Source: an uncultured Rhodobacterales bacterium (GTDB lineage: Bacteria > Pseudomonadota > Alphaproteobacteria > Rhodobacterales > Rhodobacteraceae). From it: a stretch of 53,447 nt of DNA. The notes below the pieces were generated by a model, which saw nothing but the letters and a program-made list of their open reading frames with translations, did no database searches and was not told where the DNA came from. Shown piece by piece: positions 46,427 to 53,447 of the stretch. The translations under genes and the position numbers were made by a program. The stretch covers positions 1 through 53,447 of the forward strand of contig CAZDXI010000001.1 of assembly GCA_964509095.1 (NCBI GenBank), in the 5' to 3' direction. The stretch's first letter is position 1; every line of letters begins with the position of its first letter.

Positions 46427-47874
46427 AGGAGAGATCCGGATACAGCACAGCCAAAGATGATCACCGCACAGATCAGCGATATCCGGTCCTTGGCCGCAAA
46501 GACCACAGGGTCGTCATGCATCCAGCCGCGATGCGAAATCATCACCATGCGGCTGAGCCAGAACAACAACACAAGGCAGATCCCCCAGAGTGCCGCCGGG
46601 GTGGTATAGAGCGTCGCCACCGCTTCTGTGTTCAGATACAGCGCCATCACGAGCACAGAGACATAGCCCGACGACACCGCCATGTTGGTGACAATGGGCA
46701 AATCTGTGTTTCGATAGCTGCGACCATGGGCCTGATCATTGCCGCTTGCCCCTCCGGCGACAAGCTCGGCCTGTCGTTTGACCGCCGCCAGTGCAAAGAA
46801 AAAGAAGATCGAAAAGGCCAGAAGCCAGACCGACAAGGTCAGCCCGGTGGCCACCCCTCCGGCGATGATACGCAGGGTGTAAAGCCCCGCGAGCGTGCAG
46901 ATATCGATCACCAGCAGCCGTTTCAAAAAGAACGAATAGGCCGTGGTGATCGCGTAATACAGCGCCATGACCCCGATAAACATCGGACCCAGAAAGGCCG
47001 CCAAACCAAAGCCGACAACCAGAAGTCCCGGTGCCAGAACCGTACCCCAAGCCAGTGGAAGGGTCCCGTTTGCAAACGGGCGCAGGCGCTTTCTGGGATG
47101 GGCGCGGTCGGCGGCAAGATCCAGCAGGTCATTCAGCAAATAGACAGAGGAGGCGATCAGACTGAACGCGACAAAAGCCAGCAGTGCTTGCGCCAGTGTC
47201 GCAACTCCGAACTGGTGCGCGGCAAGCAGCGGCAGGAAGACCAGAATGTTCTTCAACCACTGATGCGGACGCATGGCCTTCAGCAAAGGATTGCGGCGTC
47301 CATCGCGTGTCTTGAGATGTTCAACCACTGCGGCTTGAGTATCGACCTTTGCCGCGAGGGCTTCGGGCACATCCACCGTGACTGCCTTGGCCGCATCGCG
47401 CCAGATGGCCAGATCCGCTTCGGCATCCCCGACATAGGCGAACCTGCCGATGCCATAGGTCTCTTGCAGGTATTGGGCCTTGTTAGGCCCTTTCAGATTG
47501 TGCGTTCCGTCCGAGCCTCGCACATCATCAAACAACTGCAGATGGTCCGCAATGCGCTGCACGATGCGCTGGTTCGATGCAGAAACCAGTGCGGTCCGGC
47601 CGCCCTTGCTGCGCCAGTCCCGAACGTACTGGAGGATATCCTCGTTATAGGGCAGCAGGTCGGGATCAACCGGGCCCAGCTCTTCGAGCTTCTGTTTGAA
47701 CACCGCCTTGCCACTGCGCAACGCTTGCAAGGCCGGGATGATGTTGAGCCAACGCACCGACACCGCGGACCAGAATGTCTCGAACAGCATATCTGTGCGC
47801 ACCAACGTGTCGTCCAGATCAACAACAAGGACGACATCCTCAGCGCTCAGATTAAAACTATGTGCATCATCCAT
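46423..47874 (-). CDS. HAD-like phosphatase fused to UbiA-family polyprenyl-phosphate phosphoribosyltransferase
   Basis: N-terminal VVDLDDTL, VSAS, YVGD..AD. C-terminal MRPHQWLKN, YLLNDLLDLAADRAHPRKRLRP, AYSFFLK, KRQAE, HDDPVVFA. Confidence 0.88.
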   Translation of the reverse strand: MDDAHSFNLSAEDVVLVVDLDDTLVRTDMLFETFWSAVSVRWLNIIPALQALRSGKAVFKQKLEELGPVDPDLLPYNEDILQYVRDWRSKGGRTALVSASNQRIVQRIADHLQLFDDVRGSDGTHNLKGPNKAQYLQETYGIGRFAYVGDAEADLAIWRDAAKAVTVDVPEALAAKVDTQAAVVEHLKTRDGRRNPLLKAMRPHQWLKNILVFLPLLAAHQFGVATLAQALLAFVAFSLIASSVYLLNDLLDLAADRAHPRKRLRPFANGTLPLAWGTVLAPGLLVVGFGLAAFLGPMFIGVMALYYAITTAYSFFLKRLLVIDICTLAGLYTLRIIAGGVATGLTLSVWLLAFSIFFFFALAAVKRQAELVAGGASGNDQAHGRSYRNTDLPIVTNMAVSSGYVSVLVMALYLNTEAVATLYTTPAALWGICLVLLFWLSRMVMISHRGWMHDDPVVFAAKDRISLICAVIIFGCAVSGSLL

Positions 47875-48059
47875 CGTAAAGTCTCACCAATAATTATGGG
47901 AACTGAAAATTCGGGTCTTAAAAAAGGTACAAAATCCTTATGGGTTATTGTGCACAAACCGGAAATTTCGTTCAAGTCTTGCGCGGGTTTGCCCCGTCGT
48001 ATCGCCCGGCCAACGTGCGACCTGCGCCAAAATTGCAGGTTCCATCCTTGTGCAGCGTG

Positions 48060-49790
48060 TCAAATAACCCCCCAATCCTGCATGAATACAGCAAAAGCGG
48101 CAATCACGCCATTGGCAGTCACATGTGCCACAATTGCATCGCACAACCGTCCTGACGGGCGCAGCACCAATGCAGCAAAGACCAGACCGGCCAGACCTGC
48201 GGCAATCCAGCGATCATGCAACAGGGCAAAGGCAACTGTGCTGACACAGATCGCCAGAACGGCCCCCGCCACAGAACGTGCGGCCCCCAGTTTCTCCAGC
48301 AGGTAGGAGCGAAAGAACAGCTCTTCGACCACAGGGACAAGCACTGTCGTGCCCAGCACGCGCGTGACAACCCAGAGCACCAGCAAACCGGGTGCCAAAG
48401 TTTGAAGGGCGGCTGTCAGTGGTCCATAAGCCCCCGTGGTCGCTGTCATCAACCACAGCACACCGATCACACCCCCGGCAGCCACCGACAGCGGGTCAAC
48501 GCGCCAGAGCATCTGTTTCAGATGCGCGCGAAACACCCATAGCGACATGGCAACAAGCACAAAGCGCGCCGGATAGATCAGTGCAGGCGTTTGGGAAAAC
48601 GTGGACGCAAGCAGGGCTGAAAACATGAACACTGCAAATGGCAAAATGCGGGCCGCATTCCAGTCATCCCAAAACGCCGGGAGGGTCGGGGCTGGCGTAG
48701 GTGCCAAGCCGGGAGCCGAGGACTGGGAGACCACAGCGCTGGCGTCTGGACCGGCGGGGCGCTGGAACCACGACACCCGGTGCACCACAAGCACAAGAAA
48801 GATCGCGAGGATGGAAAACATCAGCCACCCCGCATGAGAATGAAACGCCCCTACTGCCAGGTCTGGCGACACATTCAGCCCGATCCAGATCAGCACCATG
48901 ATGCGGACCGTGTTCAGCCACCAAGACAGGAACAACCCGACCGGCAACACGACAAGCAAAACCCGGGCTGGCAGCAGATGACGCCAGAACAGGACCACAT
49001 AGCCCAGAAGAAAAGTTGTGATCAGCGCAAGGCCTTCAATGCCTGAACACCTCTCATCGATCTTGATTACGAACACGTCAGTACCCAGCAATGCCTCGGC
49101 CGGATTAGATTGCAGATCAAAGCCGAAGGCGCTCGCGCTCCATGCGACAGTGTCAAAGGTCAGAGTTTTGAACAGGTCCGAATGCCATAGCGGAAACACC
49201 ATCCGGCCAAGTTCCGGAAGACTGAGGCCGAAGACCAGCACCACCCACAAGCCGGGCCCTGCCTGTTTCAAAACCCGTCCCCAAACAGGCAGCGGGGCAA
49301 TCAGATGCAGCGCCACATAGCACAGCAAAGCCACCCCAACGGACCAGGAGATCAGACTGACCATCAAAAGACCGGGGGCCGGAAATGCCGTGTGATAGGC
49401 CATCGGAACCGCAGCCAGTAGTGCGCCCAGCCCTGCCAGCAACAGCATGGGTTTGAACGAACGCGGGGCTGCCAGCGCTGCCTTCACTGGCGCAAACAGA
49501 TCCGGACGGCTTAGCAACGCGATCCCAGTCAACACGATCACCGCCAAAGCACGTTGCACGATATCCAGAGAGAAGCGGCAAAACTTCCAAGACGCCACCT
49601 CTGAACACCGCTGGATGGACATTGGCGCAAACGACAATCCGATGACCGTCAGCGCGAAAACGTAAAACAAGGCGATCCACATCAGACGGCGCCACACCAT
49701 CGGAACCGGGAGGCTATGGGCACCGGTCCTGTCCGGACCATTATCGCGTACTAAAAAGTTAAACGCGGAAAGACTGCGTAAAAATGGCAT
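48060..49790 (-). CDS. xrtE: Exosortase E / CAAX (CPBP) protease fusion, VPEID-CTERM system type
   Basis: Exosortase triad CSGIEG, LNTVRI, FHSHAGW, followed by CPBP motifs VPVVEELFFR, FALLH, AHVTANG. Start uncertain (49700-49802). Confidence 0.85.
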   Translation of the reverse strand: MPFLRSLSAFNFLVRDNGPDRTGAHSLPVPMVWRRLMWIALFYVFALTVIGLSFAPMSIQRCSEVASWKFCRFSLDIVQRALAVIVLTGIALLSRPDLFAPVKAALAAPRSFKPMLLLAGLGALLAAVPMAYHTAFPAPGLLMVSLISWSVGVALLCYVALHLIAPLPVWGRVLKQAGPGLWVVLVFGLSLPELGRMVFPLWHSDLFKTLTFDTVAWSASAFGFDLQSNPAEALLGTDVFVIKIDERCSGIEGLALITTFLLGYVVLFWRHLLPARVLLVVLPVGLFLSWWLNTVRIMVLIWIGLNVSPDLAVGAFHSHAGWLMFSILAIFLVLVVHRVSWFQRPAGPDASAVVSQSSAPGLAPTPAPTLPAFWDDWNAARILPFAVFMFSALLASTFSQTPALIYPARFVLVAMSLWVFRAHLKQMLWRVDPLSVAAGGVIGVLWLMTATTGAYGPLTAALQTLAPGLLVLWVVTRVLGTTVLVPVVEELFFRSYLLEKLGAARSVAGAVLAICVSTVAFALLHDRWIAAGLAGLVFAALVLRPSGRLCDAIVAHVTANGVIAAFAVFMQDWGVI

Positions 49791-49967
49791 TGGCTGAAGC
49801 AAAACAAATGTTAAAAGTCACAAGAAATTATGCAAAAATCATAGGTCTGTCCGTTGAAGACAGCAAGAAATTACGACCTCAAATGCGGCGCTTGCATCTG
49901 AACAGACTGTTTCTGCCGCAGAACGCACTCGCATGAGTGGAATTATTAGGATGTGTGACACAAACCG

Positions 49968-50999
49968 ATGTCAGAAAGCGTTGAAGACAGCCATATGACC
50001 GGTCCGGGACCATTTCAGCCTGAGCACGTTCTTATTGCCATCCCGGCCCTGAACGAGGCCGCGCATATCGAATCCTGTATCCGGTCTCTTCTTGGGGGGG
50101 ACCCGGACTTGAAAGAGGTCCGGCTTGTCGTCGCTGACGGGGGCAGTCAGGATAACACGGCTGACATTGTGCGCGCTCTGACAGGTGACTTTCCCAATAT
50201 CCGGCTGATCGACAACCCGCAGAAGTACCAGTCTGCCGGTGTGAACGCGGTCGTGCGGGACTGCGCAGAAGACAGCCATATCTTTCTGGTCCGATGTGAC
50301 GCGCATTCGGTCTATCCACCCGGCTATGTGCGTCAGATCATCGACACCTTTCAGGCCATCCCAGACGCGGCCTCTGTGGCGACGGTGATGGATGCCACCG
50401 GAGACGCCTGCTTTCAAAGGGCCTCTGCTTGGATCGTGGATACGCCCTTTGGGTCGGGCGGTTCGGCCCATCGTGGCGGGTCCCGGTCGGGCTGGGTGGA
50501 TCATGCGCACCATGCGGGGTTCCGACTCGACTGGTTCCGGCGCATTGGCGGATATGATCCGGGCTTCACGCATAACGAAGATGCCGAATACGACCATCGG
50601 CTTGGCCTCGCAGGGGGGCGGGTCTGGCTCGCAACCGAGATCCGCATGGATTACCAGATGCGCCCCACTCCGCGGGGGCTGATCAAGCAATACTGGTCCT
50701 ATGGTAAGGGACGCGCACGGACGCTGCTCAAGCATCGCATGCGGCCCCGCCTTCGCCAACTTATCCCCGTGCTGAACCTTTTGCTGATCGCCTTTTGCCT
50801 TATGCTATCCGGGCTTTTGCCTGTGTTGCTGCTTTGGCCGTTTCTGTATCTGCTGGCCCTCATCGCCATATCCGTGCAATCGGTGCTGTCCATGCGCTCG
50901 CTCTGTGGCCTTTGGGCTGGTGTGGCGCTGGCCATCATTCACAACGCTTGGGCGCTGGGCTTCCTGAGCCAGCTGGGTCGGTGGCTTTTTCGGCGCTGA
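49968..50999 (+). CDS. exoA: GT2 glucosyltransferase ExoA
   Basis: IPALNEAAHI, ADGGSQD, QSAGVN, RCDAHSVYP, GSGGSAHR, DHAHH, HNEDAEYD, RLRQLIP. Alternative start 49995. Confidence 0.88.
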   Translation: MSESVEDSHMTGPGPFQPEHVLIAIPALNEAAHIESCIRSLLGGDPDLKEVRLVVADGGSQDNTADIVRALTGDFPNIRLIDNPQKYQSAGVNAVVRDCAEDSHIFLVRCDAHSVYPPGYVRQIIDTFQAIPDAASVATVMDATGDACFQRASAWIVDTPFGSGGSAHRGGSRSGWVDHAHHAGFRLDWFRRIGGYDPGFTHNEDAEYDHRLGLAGGRVWLATEIRMDYQMRPTPRGLIKQYWSYGKGRARTLLKHRMRPRLRQLIPVLNLLLIAFCLMLSGLLPVLLLWPFLYLLALIAISVQSVLSMRSLCGLWAGVALAIIHNAWALGFLSQLGRWLFRR

Positions 51000-51094
51000 C
51001 CTGACCCGTTTTGATCGTGCGGTGCGTTTCGAATCCTATCAGCGTGACTTTAGCTGCCACAAGTTTTCGGAAGCATCGTTTCAGCCGCAGTCTC

Positions 51095-51775
51095 TCAGTC
51101 GCAAATCCCGGCCAGTTGCACGCCATCCCACGGCAAGCGCACCGCGTAGGGGCGCGACTGCGGTAACGGAGAAAGAGGCATAAATTCCCCGATCATCGAA
51201 TGCAGCCGTTTCGTGCGCGCGCCTTGTGGGTCAAGCGAGACGCAGCAGACATACTCTTCCACAATCGCGCCCTGCTGTTCATAGCCGTAATCGAGGAACC
51301 GGCGCGTCTCGGCCGGATCAAACAGGTAGGGGTCTTCACTGTTATGCTCGGACGCGGCTTTCAGCGGGTGATACCCGGTGATCGCCCGGTTCTGCCATTG
51401 CCACAGATGTGTGATCTCGTGCGCGAAAAGCATGGCCGCGATCAGGTTAATTTCTTCCGGGTATTTGGGCAGGTAGTTGTCCAGATACCAATCCTTGTCG
51501 AACAGCACCCGGTTATAAACCGCAATCGCCGCAGGTTTGGCTGTGACGACATCACCGGTTGGCGGCGGCAGGATGTTCTCCCGACATGTCGTGCGCGGGC
51601 GTGGTTTGCGGCGGAATGTAACGGCTTTTGTCGGCGCGCCGTCCACCAGACGCACCTTGCGCGGATCGACCATGTCGCCGTGGATCGTCGAGATAAACGC
51701 CTGTTCGGACGACGTCATGGGACGACCGGAACAGGACACCAACACGGTCAGGCACAAAAACAGACGCAGGATCAT
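51095..51775 (-). CDS. Putative lipoprotein with HExxH motif
   Basis: Lipobox-like VLVSC, FAHEITHLWQ, YEQQG. ATG 51775 overlaps the PaaI stop. Confidence 0.7.
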   Translation of the reverse strand: MILRLFLCLTVLVSCSGRPMTSSEQAFISTIHGDMVDPRKVRLVDGAPTKAVTFRRKPRPRTTCRENILPPPTGDVVTAKPAAIAVYNRVLFDKDWYLDNYLPKYPEEINLIAAMLFAHEITHLWQWQNRAITGYHPLKAASEHNSEDPYLFDPAETRRFLDYGYEQQGAIVEEYVCCVSLDPQGARTKRLHSMIGEFMPLSPLPQSRPYAVRLPWDGVQLAGICD

Positions 51776-52173
51776 TTGGCAAAGGTCGCCGTGGCTGTGG
51801 CTATCGGTTTTCCGGACGGCTGTGCCACCAACATACATCGCGCGAATGCCATCGACTTGCCCATGCGTGTGATCTCCGCCTGTGCGTCAATTGTGTCACC
51901 CGTACCGGGGCGCAGGAATTGCGTATCCAGTGTGACGGTGCCAACGGGGATCATCTCTCCGTTCACCGCTCCGCAGGCGATGACCATCGCGGTATCGGCA
52001 AGCGTGGCCAAGGTCTGCCCTGACACGATATTCCCGGCGCGTGCGATCTGATCCGTGATCGGAATGCGCAACGTCGCGCCAACGTCCGAGACCTCGGTCA
52101 CTCTTGGCTCCAACGCCAGCACCCACGGGGCGAAATTGTCGTCCAGAAAACGCTGCGCTGTCGATACGTCCAT
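51772..52173 (-). CDS. PaaI family (hotdog) thioesterase
   Basis: VSGQTLATLADTAM, TVTLDTQFLRP, RMGKSMAF. Confidence 0.88.
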   Translation of the reverse strand: MDVSTAQRFLDDNFAPWVLALEPRVTEVSDVGATLRIPITDQIARAGNIVSGQTLATLADTAMVIACGAVNGEMIPVGTVTLDTQFLRPGTGDTIDAQAEITRMGKSMAFARCMLVAQPSGKPIATATATFAK

Positions 52174-52303
52174 ACCAGTCCTCTTCCCTTATCCGCGCAC
52201 CCTACCGCGCCTGCCAGATGGGTCAAGCTTGGTGGAATTGATCTGGCGCAAGGCGGGCACGTGCGGGATGCGCGATACTGGGGTCACATCAAGAGGAACC
52301 GAT

Positions 52304-52702
52304 ATGAAACACCTTATCTTGAGCCTTCTCGCAGGGTCCCTAGCCCTGCCCGCCATTGCGCAAGACGCCAGCGTCGGAGCGGAGATTTACCGCGTGCAAT
52401 GCGCCACTTGCCACGGGTTGGACGCAGATGGCACGGGTCCCATGGCGCCGATCCTGCTGGTGCAGCCTTCTGATCTGACCACCATGACAGAGCGTCATGG
52501 CGGCACGTTTCCCATGATCCGCGTGGTGATGCGCATCGACGGGCGGGAGCCTTTGGTCAGCCATGGATCAGACATGCCGATCTTTGGAGAGTATTTTGAA
52601 GGCGTGCAGGACGTGCCCCTGAAAGCAGAAAGCGGGCAACCCATGCTCGTCAGCCAACCCATCGCCGATCTGGCTGCGTTCTTGCAGGCGATCCAGAAAT
52701 AA
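52304..52702 (+). CDS. Periplasmic c-type cytochrome
   Basis: Signal peptide, CATCHG, PSDLT, HGSDMP. GAGG upstream of ATG 52304. Confidence 0.9.
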   Translation: MKHLILSLLAGSLALPAIAQDASVGAEIYRVQCATCHGLDADGTGPMAPILLVQPSDLTTMTERHGGTFPMIRVVMRIDGREPLVSHGSDMPIFGEYFEGVQDVPLKAESGQPMLVSQPIADLAAFLQAIQK

Positions 52703-52859
52703 GGCCGTGTTTCAGAGCCTATCGGACGCGTGATGCCTTGTGTGAGGTGGGGCGGTTTTTGTTACAGGGGATCGTGCATAGGTCTTTTTCATCGCAGGGC
52801 AAAACGCTCTGCGGACCCCACCGCAGCCCATCTTGGGTTGCCCGGAAAGGAGAAAGCCC

Positions 52860-52943
52860 ATGTCCCGTGTTATCATCCCCACCGTCGCAGGTTTCGTCGC
52901 CATGATGAGCGTTTGGGGCGTCACCCTCGCGACGTATATGTAA
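52860..52943 (+). CDS. Small hydrophobic peptide (27 aa, MSRVIIPTVAGFVAMMSVWGVTLATYM)
   Basis: Strong AAGGAG RBS about 7 nt upstream; single TM-like stretch; below the ORF-track size cutoff. Confidence 0.6.
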   Translation: MSRVIIPTVAGFVAMMSVWGVTLATYM

Positions 52944-53447
52944 GGTTTGCGCGGAAGGTGCGTGGTATCACGCACCCTACGCCCGCTTGGGTCAGGCCAT
53001 TGCGCACAACTTTGGCCCGCATCGCACATCGCAGTGCGGCAGGTCCGGCAGTTGGAGAGGTTGGATTGTATCAGGAGGCAGGCCTGCCATAGATTGCAGA
53101 CGGCTCAGCCCCGCCCCTTGGGGCAGATGCCGAGAATATGGATCACAAAGAACCATCTGACCTGATAGACGCCGCCGTCCCAAGGAGTTACCCGATAGAT
53201 TCAGTACGCGCCGCTAGCGTTCGTGGTTTTATGACTGTTGGGTTGCGATTTGGTGATCCGGGCGTTCGGTGGGGTGCCGTCGCGCACGCTACGATGGTTG
53301 AGCAACTTGCTCGCGCGGAACAAGACCTTTGGGCCGCCGCGTCATCCAAGCGTGCGCCGTTGGCGTGCGCGTTACCCGGCAACACATTGCCCCGCAATGT
53401 GTGAGAGGGGCCGACTATCGATGAGTTTGAGCAAAGTGCCCATGCGC

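Noticed and set aside
46381-48306. 641-aa plus-strand ORF
   Set aside because: Shadow of the well-supported HAD-UbiA gene; Arg/Gln/His-rich composition typical of an antisense frame.
52790-52850. CAGGGCAAA resembling the start of a c-di-GMP-I riboswitch
   Set aside because: The GNRA-capped P2 and the downstream GCAAA/P3 elements are not evident; kept only as an unassigned structure.
53138-53447. 88-aa ORF whose frame stays open after TGA at 53402-53404 (possible pseudogene)
   Set aside because: No recognisable motif and truncated by the window edge; cannot be supported.

Overview
GC-rich alphaproteobacterial DNA, probably Rhodobacteraceae/Roseobacter group (inferred from the XrtE-type exosortase and the exo gene set). 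About 51 kb (193-50999) is one surface-polysaccharide locus with six components. (1) A succinoglycan-like Wzx/Wzy core: exoY, exoA, exoL, two exoM-like genes, exoO, exoU, exoQ-like polymerase, flippase, exoF, exoP and exoK. (2) Many tailoring enzymes: four sulfotransferases, an acyltransferase-SGNH, a PIG-L deacetylase, a formyltransferase, a methyltransferase, a GMC oxidoreductase and an asparagine-synthase-like protein. (3) An apparently complete mycobacterial-type polyprenyl-phospho-arabinofuranose donor pathway (HAD-UbiA, GtrA, DprE1-like, DprE2-like). (4) Two AftB-like GT-C membrane transferases. (5) An exosortase E/CAAX-protease fusion. (6) Two giant proteins with no visible signal peptide: LamG-GSDH-PKD-Ig, with a near-perfect 614-bp internal duplication, and G8/beta-helix-LamG-lectin-like. 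The best candidate for an undescribed system is a sulfated, lipid-donor arabinofuranosylated succinoglycan-like glycan or glycoprotein coat. The last 2.4 kb holds unrelated small genes and a 27-codon ORF missing from the ORF track, which has a structured leader. No rRNA, tRNA, CRISPR array or recognisable mobile element was seen. All family calls come from motif recognition by eye, not database searches.
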